Of a stretch of 44,138 nucleotides of DNA, positions 11,578-24,435 are shown in pieces. Each line of letters begins with the position of its first letter. The first letter of the stretch is position 1. The notes below the pieces were generated by a model. The model was not told where the DNA came from, ran no database searches, and saw only the letters and a list, made by a program, of their open reading frames with translations. The stretch is taken from NCBI GenBank assembly GCA_032718475.1, contig JAUCBJ010002205.1:1-44138 (forward strand). Reading direction: 5' to 3'. The position numbers and the translations under genes were made by a program. Source of the DNA: Nemertoderma westbladi (Eukaryota > Animalia > Xenacoelomorpha).

Positions 11578-14500
11578 TTAGGGCGACCCTTCCAATAGGC
11601 AACACTTCCCTACCACCCTCCTGTAGGTCTTCCTATCTTTGGCCCCTAGCTTGCCTCCGATCCTCACTTCCACGGATCTAATTCTTCCGTCTTTGCCAGG
11701 GTAGGTTTCCACCACTCTAGCTAATTTCCAGTGGTTATTGATAATCGTAACATCCGTGACGATTATCAAGTCACCCTTCCTTAGCTCCCTTTGGTTGTTC
11801 CTTGATTTACTTCTCTTGTGCAGTGTTGGAAGGTACTCTGTATCCACCTTGTCCAATACTCTGCACTTATCGCCTTAGTGACTTTCCAGCTTTGACGCGA
11901 ATGTATATCGTCTGGATCCACGTTTCGCATGTCAATCGTCGCTGGTCTCTCCATCAGTAGGTGTGCTGGTCTTAAGACGTCCAGTGAATCTGGATCATCG
12001 TTCTCGGGATACAGCAGTCGGCTGTTAATAATCCCCTCGCATTTCGCCAGCACTGTCCTCAGTACATCCTCGGTGACCATATGATCGTTCATCAGCTTGG
12101 TCATAAGTCGTTTGGAGCTTCCCACAAGTCGCTCTACACATCCCAGCATATGTGGCGCGTATGATGTTCTCCTCTCCCACCTGATTAGGTGTTTCCTCAT
12201 CGCCGCCTTGACATCTTCGCCCTCCAGAATGTCAAGGGCCTCCGCTAACTCGTTCTCTGCACCCACGAAGTTAGTCCCGTTGTCTGAGTATAATACCTCG
12301 ACTTTTCCTCCCCTTCGGGTCACAAACCTCTCGAGCGCATTAATAAATGCCGACGCCGTGGCGTCCGGAGCTAGTTCTATCCCCACCGCCCTCGTATTAT
12401 TGCAGACGAAGAAAATGCCGTAGCTGCATCATGGCTACGTATGCCGTATCACCTTTATCTTGATCGGCCCAAACATGTCCACGCGAATGTGTGAATGGTG
12501 GGTCGTGATGCCTCACCCTGTTGGTCGGTAATGGCTCCATCTCCTGTATGGCCCTCTCCTTCTTCGTCCGTCAGCAGGTCTGGCATTGCCCCACTACCGC
12601 CTTCACCATCTTTCTGAGTTGGATTACCCAGAATGTCTTCCGGATCTCCGTCAGGGTCTGGTTAGTGCCCCCATGTAATATAGACTTATGGGCATCCCAT
12701 ATGATCTGGTGGACTATTGGTGACTTGTTGGGAATTATTATCGGTTTTGGTGGGATCATGGGGCTGATGTTGTTTACCACCCTGGAGTTCATGACCAGGA
12801 TCCCATCATTGTCTAATTGTGGCGACAGCGCGTTGAGCTCGCTGTCTTGACGAAGGCGTTGTTGTTTGATGACGCGGTTTACCTCGTCTCCGTACCCCTT
12901 CCTTTGCTCGTATCATATCACAGCTTTGGCCGCCCCTTCCAGATCAATGGTAGGTCTTGTTTTAGTATCCTTACCAGCTCCCCTAAGGAATTCTCCGTAG
13001 GCCCGCAGATATGCTACTAGCTTCTTCATCTTATACCAGCGGGAGCTGTAATTGAGCAACCTATCCGTTGGGTTATCGCACGATTCTCTCGGCTGTGATC
13101 GTGGTGGCGCCTCTTTAACCTCCCTCACTAACTGACAGAATATTTCCTCCCCCTCTGATTCCTCTCCCTCCTCCTCCACTGTCACTTCCTCTGTACTTGG
13201 GTCTACATTCCTCATCGGTGGCCAGCTCGACCTATCATAAGGAAGTATGGGCCATGCTGCCACAACTCCTGCTTTCTCGAGAAAGCGCGGCGTACAACGC
13301 CCCTCGATAGCAGATCTGCTGGATTGTCATCATTTGGGCAGTAGTGCCACTTCCCCAAGTCCAACGTTGCTCTTATTTAATCCACCTTATTCGCCACAAA
13401 TATGGGATAAAGCGTCTTCTCGTTATGCAACCATCCCAACACTACCATGGAATCTGTAGTGCATATCTACTATACTTGGTATTGTGTCCACCAAGTATGC
13501 TGTCGCTCTTACTCCTAATCTCGCAGCCGTTAGCTCGAGTTTCGGCACTGATGCTGAAACTGGTGGCATCAACCTCGCTTTATTAAACGCAAGCCTGGGC
13601 TTATGAGTCCCCTTCCTTCCGCAGAACCAAATAAAGTGCCGCTCCATATGCTTCCGAGGATGCGTCGGAAAACATATATAGTTCTAAATTGGTCATGTCC
13701 CCGTCCGGGAAGTATACACGTTGCATACTATATGTCCCTATCTCTTCGAGGCTCCCTGTCCATTTCTCCCATTGTCTGCTTATCTCTACTGTGACCTCCG
13801 CAACCCAGTTGTCTTTCAATTTATAGACCTTCTTTAATATTTGTTTCCCCGTGACTAACAACAGGGAAGCTAGACCTAGGGGATTGTAAATCCTCGCTAT
13901 GTATGACACAAGGCCTTGTTTAGTATGGATCCCAGCACCCTCCTGACTTAGTTGATACTCCAACTCATCTGTCTCCCAGTTCCATACGATCCCTAGTGCC
14001 TTCTGCTGTGATTCTATCCTCTTATCTGCCATAATCTGCCCCTTTACCGTCGTAGGTTTATCCATCTTCGCCTCCGGTTACTTATCTTCTATGGCCTCCA
14101 TAAATTCTTTAGAGTTAGACTGGAATTTTGTGAGGTTGAATCCTGATCCCTTCAGGATGTCGCGAACGTCACACCCTACATCGAGTATCTCTTCAACCGA
14201 GTTTCCAGAGCCCATCCCATTGTCCACATAGAATCCGTGTCAATCGCCTTCAGACTGTATTCCCCCTCTTTGCCCTCCACCGTGTCTCATACAGCTGTAG
14301 TCGTAGTAAACGAGGACGACTTGGCCCCCATGTTCTGCACTACCATCTTGTACATTGGTATCTCCGACGGTTCTTCGTCGTCGTTGTACCACAGGAAGCA
14401 CTGACTATCGCTGTCCTCCTCCGTCACTCGCACTTGATTAAACATGCCCTCTATATCGCACGTGAAGGCGTGCTTTCCACTTCTAAATCTTAACAGGACC

Positions 14501-16660
14501 TCTATCCGCGAGTCGTAGATATTGGGGCCTTCCACTAGGTAGTCATTCAGGCTCTTTCCGTTAGTCTTGGCAGACGCATTGTCCACCATTCTTAACTTGC
14601 CCTTCTTAGGGTCCAAAGCCACATGGAGTGGCAAATAGTAGGTCCTATCGGTATTTGGTTCATCCACCGGTGGTTCCACGGCCCATCCTCTATCCAAGTA
14701 CTTCTTGATTGTTTTGTGAATGTATTCATTCTTTTCGGGGCTCCGCTTTAGCGTTTGCTTTAATTTTCGAAGCCTCGTCAAGACCATCCTTTTGTTGTCT
14801 GGCAGTGGCACCTTTGGTTGTTTCCATACCATCCCTATGGTATATCGCCGCCCCTCGCATTTCGAGTTCCTGACGCTCTCCTGCGCCTATTTATCCTCCA
14901 CCGAGGTTCCCACCCCGGTCTCCTTCAACCCCTCAAAGTCCTGCCGTAGCAGCCTCTTGAGTTGCTCCTCAGCACCCTCGTCCTCCATTTCCCTCATTGT
15001 TCCTGCAAACATGCACCCTGAGGATTCGAACACGCTAAACGGGATTCTGGTCTTAATTGGGCCACTGAGCGTCCATCCGAATGGTGTGAGAATCGCCACT
15101 GGGTCTCGCTCCCTATCCTCACCGAAGACGGTCTGTAGTCTCTCGTGGGCTGTCGGACAATCCATGCCGACTATGAGAGATACTTTCAGGACGTCCAGTT
15201 CGGGCACGGAGAAATCGATATTATCCAGGTACCGGTATTGCTCGACCTCGATCTTTGTGGGTCGGCTGGCGTTAATATTGATCGATTCTATTATCTGAAT
15301 GGGTTCGATGGTAGCCCCATAATCGCACCCTGGTGTTATCGATGCTATCTCGCAGCGTCCCGTTCTCATTCTCATGACCTCATCCTTACTGGAAATAGTG
15401 GTTACTGCCATCTTACTTGGCTTTGACCGTAACCCTATCTTTTCGGCCACCCAACTTTCCACTAGTGTGAACGCTGCTCCGCTATCGATCAGCATTAGCT
15501 CGTAACCGATAGCTCGTTCTCCCCTATTATTCTCACTGGTACCACTCCAAGTAGTACCGTTCCCCTCTTCTTTGCTCCCATGGTGCTTGTCGCCATCGTC
15601 TGGCCTCCAGTCCCATCATATTTTACCGGCGGTTCCTGGCACTCATCCTTTCTGTATCCTCCTACCGCGCATAGATGACATAGTCCATTCTTACCCGTGT
15701 AGGCTACACGATCTTGTTTAAGCAATGCCTGCCAGTGTTTACAATTGATGGTCTTATGTGTACCGAACTTATGTAATTTACATTTGTATTGGGGATTGTA
15801 GCGTTCCTTGTATAGCGCTTCATGTATTGCGCTTAGATTCATATCTAGTGGTTTAGTGTTTTGGTTACTTGGACTCGGCCTGCTGGGGGTATTGGGTTTA
15901 TATTTGTTTGTTTATGTTGTTACTTTGCTTCTGTCCCTGCCACGGTGTGGCTCTACTCCCAGCTCTCTGTGGACTAGAAGTCCCCTGCGTGGCCGCATAC
16001 GGTAGCAACTGCCTCACCTTCGGAAGTGCATTTGCCACACTATGTTCGGGTTTAGGTCGGCTGTATTCGGTTTTTGGTGCCTTCCCTAGACTGTCCTCAC
16101 TATAGATTGGATCTGTTATTAACTCCGCCTCGTAGTTAAGGAAGCTCGACATCTCCTCCAACCCTGGCTCCGCACCTTTCTTTTCTCGAGTGGAGAAAGC
16201 GATCTTTCTCCATTTGTTTCTCAGCCAGATCGGTAGTGCCTGCGCTATCGTGGTGATGTTGTTCGATGCATTGAGTTCGTAAGGTGCATCTAGAGTCTTT
16301 AATAGTATTAGCGCTTTCTCTACTTTGTTAGCGAATGTCTTGATGCGAACAGGGTTATCTGCGAGTCCGCCTGATGTTATTCCCCTTAAGGTTTGTCGGA
16401 TAATCTTCGCAGCATGGTCGAATTCCCTGTCCAGGGCTCGCCATGCAGTTGTGAATCCTCCTTCAATACCTTGGTATTGCCTCACAATGCATAAGCTGCC
16501 CCCTCTGTATAGACTTATAGATATTTAAGGCACTCCGCCTGTGTGAGATTTTTTGTCAAGATCTCATTGCTGTACATATGCCGGAACTGTAGGTATTCTT
16601 CCGGCTTGCTACCATCGAACTTGAAAGGCTCCACGGGTGGCAGCTCAATCCTAGTTTTTA
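11578..16660 (-). pseudogene. BEL/Pao gag-pol remnants with many stops and frameshifts
   Basis: Gag-like 15898-16485; protease LIDSGA (~15480); RT with CDIEGMFNQV and YVDN (14832-14200); RNase H FSDASSEAYGA and VPKLEL (13700-13520); integrase H..HGG/CQTC, YSDNGTNFVG, C-terminal WKLARVVETYPGKDGRIRSVEV. Confidence 0.92.
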
Positions 16661-17819
16661 GTGCATCGATGAGTGTTGCCATTCCCATCACTTGAACTTC
16701 TAGCGCGCTCGACGGTATAGATACAGGCTCCTTTAATGTTGGGTGTGCTTTGCCTCTCGGGTTCGTCGACTTTCCCTGAGTTCGGATATATCATCGGGTG
16801 TAGCGGCCCCCTCCATATCTCTGTGTCGCATGATTTGTTTGGATCTGAGGGGGTCAGGGTTCTTGTTTTTGGTTGTGTATATTGCGGATACTGTAATGGG
16901 GGAATGTCACCATGTCCCACCCCCCCCCCCCCCCCACAGATGTTACATTTAGTACTGGGGTTGATGTCATTATATTGGGGCCCATACACCTATCTGCCAT
17001 ACCCCCCTAGCAACACTTCCTCATCCCTCCTCACTTCTTTTGATTTCAGCATAATGTCCTCCTTCATGAGATCTCGTATCGACCTCCCCTTATGAACTCC
17101 ACTGTTCTTCTGCCATCTTCCGAGTGGGCTTGACATTTCCTCGTTTGGCTGCTTGCAGCACCAACGTCCCTCCCTCTGCCCGGTTGCACGGCCCCGTGGA
17201 TATTCGCAGTCCTCCTATTATCCTCTATCATCGGGTGCCAAAGTTCACTTAACTCACCGCGCGCATTATCTGCCGACACTCATGGGGCCTCTGTTGCCCC
17301 CTCCCCTTTCCTCCGTCGTCGGGTGCCATGGTTCACTTAACTCTGCGCGCGCATCATCTGCCGAAGCTCGTGGGGCGTTTTCTGCTCCCCCCCCCCCCCC
17401 CTCTCGTCATTAATTGGTTGTGGTGGGGTGCCCCTTGCCCACCCCCCCCCCCCCCCCCCCCCACCCGTCACCTGTTATCTCGCCCCATGCCCATGTTCCC
17501 CTAGTTGTCTTTGGGTGGACAGTTTTAACTGTGACAGGATCCACCGGAGTTGGCAGTAATGAATCCCAACCGGTGTGTGAGTTATACGCGTCGCTGCGTC
17601 CGTAGGCTGCTAAACTGTGGTCTGGATATGTATAGTAGGCTTTTTATATAGTAGAGTAGGTTATAAGTAGGTTAAGTAGGTAGGTTGAGTAGGTTAAGTA
17701 GGTTATATTGTATAGTAGGTTTTTATTGTCAGTCTTTATAATCACAGAATGTAATAATAGCACAGTCTGAATATAATAACAAGGTAGTGACGATGGTTAA
17801 AACTGTTCTGGTCTCACAA

Positions 17820-17833
17820 CTGTATAGGAACCA
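17820..17833 (-). other. Putative primer-binding site TGGTTCCTATACAG (tRNA-Glu-like)
   Basis: Follows ...TTCA-GT on the minus strand; resembles the complement of a tRNA-Glu 3' end (TGGTTCCCATACCG, recalled from memory, 2 mismatches). Confidence 0.5.
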
Positions 17834-17887
17834 ACTGAATCAGTAATCAATAAGTACAACGGTTATATTATTATTAAAGAAAATAAT

Positions 17888-18970
17888 GGGGGGGGGGGTA
17901 GCGCATTTTCTGACCAAAAAGACGAATTTTTGAAACATATCTGATACAGAATTTCATACTGAATCCAAATATGGAAACCGTTTTCCCATATCTTGCTTAG
18001 TTTTCGAGATATCTGGGACAGAAGATACTGGCTCCGATATATCGCGATATCGGTAAAGGCAATGAAGTTTGGGGTTTCATTCAATTTCTGCAAATTTCTG
18101 TGCCCAGTGGTGCCAATTGGAAGTTTCCACGAGAAAGAGCACAAAATTATAATTGAGAAGGTATTTTTTTATGATTATTGGACCTACTTGTCAGTTTATA
18201 AGACAACTCCAATTCTCCGGAATGAAGACGGGACTCAAATAAGCGACTCTGCGGTCTTTGTGGGATTACACGGAATCAGATATCTTAAAAATGTATAATC
18301 TCCAGTTCTAGTGGTCGTATGAAGTTCGTTTTAGGCTCATTCGAAAGCTATTTTCTTAGAGAACAAAGTTACCATTTGATTTAAGACAAAATGGTTGTAA
18401 AGCAACATAACATGAATTTTGGTAAAATATGCCTTGCAAATTCTGTTCAAGTTATGATTGCTCAGGTAGCTTTCAAGAATTTGCCAAACCAAATGGTAAC
18501 TTTGGTCTCTGAGAAAAGAGCTTTCTAATGAGCCCAAAGCGAACTCCGTACGACCACTAGAACTGGAGATTATACATTTTGAAGATCTCCGATGAATGAT
18601 AAGTCTATTCCGTTTAATCCCGCAAAGACCGCAGAGTTGCTTATTCGATTCCCGTCTTCATTCCGGAGACTTGAAGTTGTCTTTATAAACTGATCAGTAG
18701 GTCCAATAATCATAAAAACATCCAATTAGCACCACTGAACACAGAAATTTGCAGAAATTGAATGCAAACCAGAAACTTCATCTCCTTTACCGATATTGCG
18801 ATATATCAGAGCCAGTATCATCTATCCCAGATATCTCGAAAACTAAGCAAGATATGGGAAAACGGTTTCCATATTTGGATTCAGCATGAAATTCTGCATC
18901 AGATAGGATATGTTTCAAAAATTCGACTTTTGGTCAGAAAATGCGCTACCCCCCCCCCCCCCCCCCCCCC
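17888..18970. mobile_element. Foldback/MITE-like element: ~1.08-kb imperfect palindrome bounded by a G-run and a C-run
   Basis: G11-TAGCGCATTTTCTGACCAAAA... pairs with ...TTTTGGTCAGAAAATGCGCTA-C22; the arms stay complementary inward to ~18380/18488. Confidence 0.9.
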
Positions 18971-19661
18971 TAAATCAGCTCTACACTACTGAGTGGCCTG
19001 AATGTCCAATAGATGCGCTCTAATCACCCCCAATGTGCTCTCCTACCCACCATTGGCTTAACCTGATTAATTGTCACCTCGCCACTCCCTGTTGCCACTA
19101 TCCCCATGTGCTTGCCTCGCTAGCCTATTTGTCCCTCTGAGGTGGTTTGACCTCTCAACTCTCCCTGTGGCTTACGATGTGTACCGCCCTAGTTGGTTGT
19201 GAGGTGACATTATTATTGGTAATGTCACCTCGCCAACTATAATTGGTAAAATGCCACTAATCCCATTTTCAGTGGGTAGTGCAGGGAATTGAATCCGCTT
19301 ACAACGATGTCAGGTGGACCTAGGCATTCGGCCAGTGGTTCAGTTGACAGACCAGACCAATCATTGTATCCAGTATTCTTCCAAAGACAACTTTGTTATC
19401 AGTTCGACCGTAAAACTACGCAAACTGGGAGTCTAACTAAACTTTTTGTTTGACATTTCTTAAAGTTTATTCACTTTATTCATTTATTTTATTATTATTA
19501 TTCATTTATTCACTTCACTGAATAGCGCTGGTTCAACCCCCAGTGACGCGCCTTCTCATTTTTTCAATTTCTGAACAAAACCATAATGTTACACTTTATT
19601 CAAGTTAGCACTTTTTGCTTTGTTGTCAATATTGTGTATAAAAGTGAAAAGGTTTTCTTAA

Positions 19662-19876
19662 GCCATTAGGCCAGGGTCTACGACCGTTAGGCCAGGGTCT
19701 ATGGCCGTTAGGCCAGGGTCTACAGCCATTAGGCCGGGGTCTACGGCCATTAAGCCGGGGTCTATGGCCGTTAGGCAGGGGTCTACGGCTGTTAGGCCGG
19801 GGTCTACAGCCATTAGGCGGGGGTCTACGCCTGTTAGGCCGGGGTCTACGGCCATTAGGCCGGGATCTAGGGTCTA
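19662..19876. repeat. 21-bp GC-rich tandem repeat (GCCATTAGGCCGGGGTCTACG), ~10 copies
   Basis: Read directly from the sequence. Confidence 0.95.
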
Positions 19877-19948
19877 AGCACAAAGTCTGACGACTTATTT
19901 CAGGTGTGGTACTATTACGCTACAGGAATTGGTAGGCACTATAATTAT

Positions 19949-20821
19949 TTAATAGGGTATAGCCATATAAAATTTTATTTCTCCATTAATATTCTGGAAC
20001 AGTTTCATGTTGTTCATTATCAAAATCTCATCTCTGTATTTAACATTATCCACAAGGGTTACATTATGAATCTTCAATTCTTTAAGAATCAATAGCAACC
20101 CAACTTCCCCTCCTTCAATATTAATTTGTGTTCCGATTACGCCATTTAATGTTGAGGCATTGTAGATGTTAATCTTACTGAACATACTAGGGACACCTAA
20201 CTTTCGTATACTCGGTAGCAGACACCCGGCGGCCATCCACAATGCGTAGTCTCTATCGTGTTCCTGCATGGCTTTCTGACACAGGTTGTATATGTGCTGG
20301 AATTGATAATCCCTCCATATGAGACGCGGGTCGCTTGCATTTGTTTCCTGGGCGATTTCGGCTGCAGCATTGTGCCATTCTAAAGCACCAATATCAACTA
20401 CGCAATAAGAATCGTCCCTCTTCCACACCATCGATGCGGCGATTCCTAGAACAGGAGAATCTATTCCTTCTCGCCTGAATATCATTGAGGAATTGGATCT
20501 CAAATATAAGTTAATCTCCTTGTCTAGAAACTCGCTAACTTCCTTAGAATCGACGTTCAATTTAAGGGCCTTTTGAATCGGGGCCTCTCCTCCGAAGAAA
20601 TGTTTCAGCATAAAATCTTTAAATAATTTGTGAGTCGCTTTGTCATTGTGTGCGATTGTCGTTGCGACCACATCATTGAGCCGTCTCTGTGCCGGAACTA
20701 GGGCATGAGTTTCTGTAGGTACATAACGGTTTAATCTCTTGTACAGGATTGATTTTATTTGGGTTGGTGACTTTGGAGTTATCCACTTCATAATAATATC
20801 GGTCTCCTTAAATTTCTGCAT
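19949..20821 (-). CDS. GNAT-fold acetyltransferase, insect-type arylalkylamine/dopamine N-acetyltransferase-like, 290 aa, single exon
   Basis: FMLKHFFGGEAPIQKAL resembles the iAANAT F..FF.DEPL..AL motif; LLPSIRKLGV resembles GNAT motif A (V.P.YRG.G); C-terminal VKYRD...KLF. Uninterrupted 873-nt ORF in AT-rich DNA. Confidence 0.7.
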   Translation of the reverse strand: MQKFKETDIIMKWITPKSPTQIKSILYKRLNRYVPTETHALVPAQRRLNDVVATTIAHNDKATHKLFKDFMLKHFFGGEAPIQKALKLNVDSKEVSEFLDKEINLYLRSNSSMIFRREGIDSPVLGIAASMVWKRDDSYCVVDIGALEWHNAAAEIAQETNASDPRLIWRDYQFQHIYNLCQKAMQEHDRDYALWMAAGCLLPSIRKLGVPSMFSKINIYNASTLNGVIGTQINIEGGEVGLLLILKELKIHNVTLVDNVKYRDEILIMNNMKLFQNINGEIKFYMAIPY

Positions 20822-21254
20822 CCGTATAAGATGAATTAGTTAATCTGTATCCGCTGAGGGAATAGAACATCTACTTGGCAGTTACGGTCGAGCACCGAAC
20901 CGATAACACTACTGATTTAAAAAGTTTGAGATATAAAAATCATAAATTAAATTTACCTTATAAATGAAATTCCCGCCAGCTATCAGAATCAGTGAGTCCA
21001 CAATCACCGAATCATGCTGAAATCAAAGCTTACCGGCACAGCGGTACGCTGTGGTAGGAATACAACACAGCGTACCGGTACAAAAATAGGAATTGATAAA
21101 CAATCAACATGACAGAGATCTGGTCGATCTGGAGATGTATTTTAAAATTCCCGCCTATTGTGAAATTGTACTGTGGGGCGACCCACAAAAGTAAGCGAGC
21201 TCTAGCATACCAACCTGTACCAATATCTCATTTGGTGTGTCTGTAGATTTGTCA

Positions 21255-22335
21255 TAGATAAATAGATTTATTTATACATTATGTAAAAACAATAACAAAT
21301 ACACCAAACAATGTACCGGGATAAAGGTATTGTCCAACATAACATATAGGATTACCCCTAAAGCTTTGCAGCTTATTTCCAAGGGGGTCCTTTATGTTAC
21401 TTGGTTACAAATACAATATTACACTACGCTAACCTAAAACCAATATAAAACGTAATTACACTATGTACATGTACAACTTTACCGAGAGCGTGACAATGCC
21501 CGACTCAACGATAAAGATGTAATGTACAGAACAATTTATTATAAAACGTAATTACAGTATAAATAGTAAATAATTAATAAACTAATAACTTACTGTAGGA
21601 CTATTGTACCTATTTTTACATTGCACACGGAGGTGAGATTTAACTGCAGATTTAAAAGAATGTTGATTATCTAGGTTTTTAATTTCATTAGGCAGAGCTT
21701 TCCAACTTTTAATGCCGTTAAAAAAGAAAGTATCAGATTCAAAGGATTTACAATTCGGGAGGTAGAAGTTTGAAGCACTACTGTAGCTCTGGTACTGTAA
21801 GAGTGTGTATCGTGTACTCTGTTGAATTTTTGTTTTAGGTAATTGGGACATTTACCATTATACACTTTATGCACATAGTTAAGGCGTAGCTGCTTAACTC
21901 TACTATCTAAGTTAAGTAGTCCAGATTCAGAAAAGTCATCTGGAGTTAGGTGGTGCCTAGGTTTGTAGTCTTTAATAAATCGTACTACTTTATTCTGAGC
22001 TACTTGTAATTTACATTTAAGCTGTTTGGTTAAGCCTTCATACCAAGAAGAGCATGCATAGTCCATGTGACACTGTATTAAAGAAGAGCAAAGTAACTTG
22101 CGGGAGTCGGTGTTCAAACTATTTTTATTTCTGTATAGAAACCTAAGCCTACTGTTAACTTTCGAGAAAATATTTTTCACTATGCTTTCTCCTGATAAGC
22201 AGTTATCCAATGTGGCGCCTAAATATTTAACTTCCTTTTTATTTTCAATCTTATGTCCATTTACTAGTGACTTCAAACTTAGTTACCTTCTTTAACTTTC
22301 TTTTGGAACCAAACAAAATACTTTCAGTCTTAGGA
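21255..22335 (-). mobile_element. 5'-truncated CR1/L2-group (Crack-like) LINE: RT C-terminus plus 3' UTR
   Basis: VKYLGATLD, RLRFLYR, LIQCHMDYACSSWY, KLQVAQNKVVRFI, HSYSTR, then after a frameshift TFFFNGIKSWKALP; 3' UTR motif GGACCCCCTTGGAAATAAGC and an AATAAA-rich tail. Confidence 0.88.
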
Positions 22336-22759
22336 ATCAATCTTAGGAAATCATGTCGTTCTGTAGATCCGTGTTTTTAAACGTTAATAACTGAGCTAAT
22401 CATCGATTAAATGCGGTAAACAAATTTTCTGCCTGCTCTTTAAAACCCCTTAGAGCCTATGACGTCCTCCGCACGTCACCATGAACAGCACTAAGACGTG
22501 CAGTGGACGTCATGTTCGAATACATGTTTTATTGGAAGGCTCTTGGACTAGGTATAATACTGGTGGACAGTATTAATAACATTTAGTGCTCTTCATGGCA
22601 AAAAATACATTCTGTACTGGAGATAGGCTGTATAGTAGACTGTATTATTAGTGTTAGGTATATGGCGTAATGCCAACCACAGTACAGTAGTACAGACTGT
22701 CAGAAGGACCGACAGACAGACAGACTAGATTTATGTAAACCTGTAAACTGACATCAGAA

Positions 22760-24330
22760 ATGAAATCAGCAACCCTAAGATATTCTCTCTTACAAGTAAC
22801 CTCAGATTTTTGCCATGGCACATACTGTTTTCGTTTGGGTTCCTGGGGGATATGCCTCTTAGCTGATTCCTTGTGGGCTTTTATTATATTCTGGTATATT
22901 GAATCGGTGGACTGGTCTTCATCCATTGACTATGGAGTGCTTCAAAGCGGTTTTGAACTTCTACTGTGTAAGCATCCTTTACTGCATTGTCAGTTCTGAG
23001 TTTCTCCCAGTCATAGTTGATTTGCTTGCTTGTCCTGGGTTTGCTGGCTCTAAAGCTCACGCTCTGAGTCTGATCTCTGCAGTTACAATTTTGTTGTCCG
23101 AACCAATTAGGTTGAATGAGCCCGGATGCCTCGTTGCCCGATCATGCTGTTTCTACACTTTTTGTTTATAAGGGTGTAATCCAGTATTGTGCTTTGGTTC
23201 CATTAGGGTATTGAAAGGTCCATAGCTTCCCCTTACTCTTTTCGAATGTGGTGTTTGTTGGTATCAATTCACATTCTTCCATTAGGTCTAAAAGTAAGTA
23301 CCCATTTCTATTAGAACTGGTGTTATATGTGTAACCCTTGATGTCTTCTGGGCCAATTAGAGCATTCAGGTCACCAGCAATGACTTTAACATTGTGTTTT
23401 GGAATGTCCTTTATAAGTCCAGTCAGATCTTCATAAAACTTGACTGCTTGTTCTGGCTCTGAGGCATTGGTTGGACTGTATCAACATATTACTGTTGTCT
23501 TGGGATTCCCCTCAAATGTTGCTATCATAACCCTGGAATTTATAGATTCGATGTTGTTTAGGGTCCTAAGTGCAAATCTTAGCAGAATTCCTACTCCTCC
23601 AATTGATGCATTGGCCGAGTTTCTTACTGCTGAGCTTGTTACTAGCGTCCATGTTCTTGGATGCAGATGATGTCGATTTCATATTCCATTGCCAGAGCGA
23701 CCATGTCACCCTGTTTGTTATGTGCTTTCAGTGTGCCGTGCATGCGTTCATTGTAGCAATCTTTAGTGTCTTTTTACATTTCAACAGGTTGGCACTTCTT
23801 TCTTATCTGTCTTATGTTCCACTAGCCGATTTATCGACCCCAGCCTGGTGCACCACTGAGGGACGCGGTCCTTTTTGACCCGGGCGACGACCGAGCCGGT
23901 ATTTCTCCTGGAGGGTTCTCATACTCATATCTTTCAGTTGCGGGAGTAAACCGCTTGTGGTCGCAACTCCTACAAGCGTCTTCGCAGCAGGTCGCCGTTG
24001 GTTGATTACCTTCCGCCGACCTTGTCAGCATGTCTAGCCGTTGGTTGATTACCTTCCGCCTATCCATAGCCTACAGCCCTACTGCCGACTGTAGGGGTCC
24101 TCTTGTTACATCTTGAACCAAGTGTGCCTCCTGGGTTAGGTTAACACTGGTAGAGGAGCATCCAGTATAGACAGGGCGGGGCGTGTATCATCTCTAATGC
24201 AGATGCGTATCAAGCCTTTGCCTTCAATGGTGCCCTAGGCGCTATAGCCCAATGACTTATTTAGTTGACGGGGCTAAAACCAACCCACTCTTGATCAACT
24301 AAATAATGAATAGGCTACTGGTGCTTATCG
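22760..24330 (-). mobile_element. Degenerate 5' portion of an RTE-type LINE (5' UTR, APE endonuclease, linker)
   Basis: Minus-strand translation gives LKIATMNA, IDIICIQEH, SIGGVGILL, IPKHNVKVIAGDLNALIG, NRNGYLL, IGSDNKIV and the linker HIPQEPKRKQYVPW; frameshifted. Confidence 0.85.
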
Positions 24331-24435
24331 GGCCTGTCCTACTGGGCTGACAGCTACAGGTAGTACAGTACCACATTACTGTCAGTGGTAGCAGGATCTG
24401 GGGACCTGACCTTACTAATGTTTGACCGGTACATA

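Larger units (their letters stand above)
10745..17886 (-). mobile_element. Degenerate BEL/Pao LTR retrotransposon
   Basis: Gag-PR-RT-RH-INT order on the minus strand, a PPT followed by TG at the LTR start (11537), and a PBS after ...CA at 17836-17837. Outer limits are approximate. Confidence 0.88.

Noticed and set aside
12097-17605. Plus-strand ORFs over the BEL element
   Set aside because: Antisense shadows of gag-pol.
19626-19883. RPRPNG-repeat ORFs
   Set aside because: Products of the 21-bp tandem repeat; no other coding evidence.
22760-24330. The missing 5' half of the LINE cut by the Transib
   Set aside because: It is much more decayed, stops before the RT and is not bordered by a Transib end, so no link can be shown.
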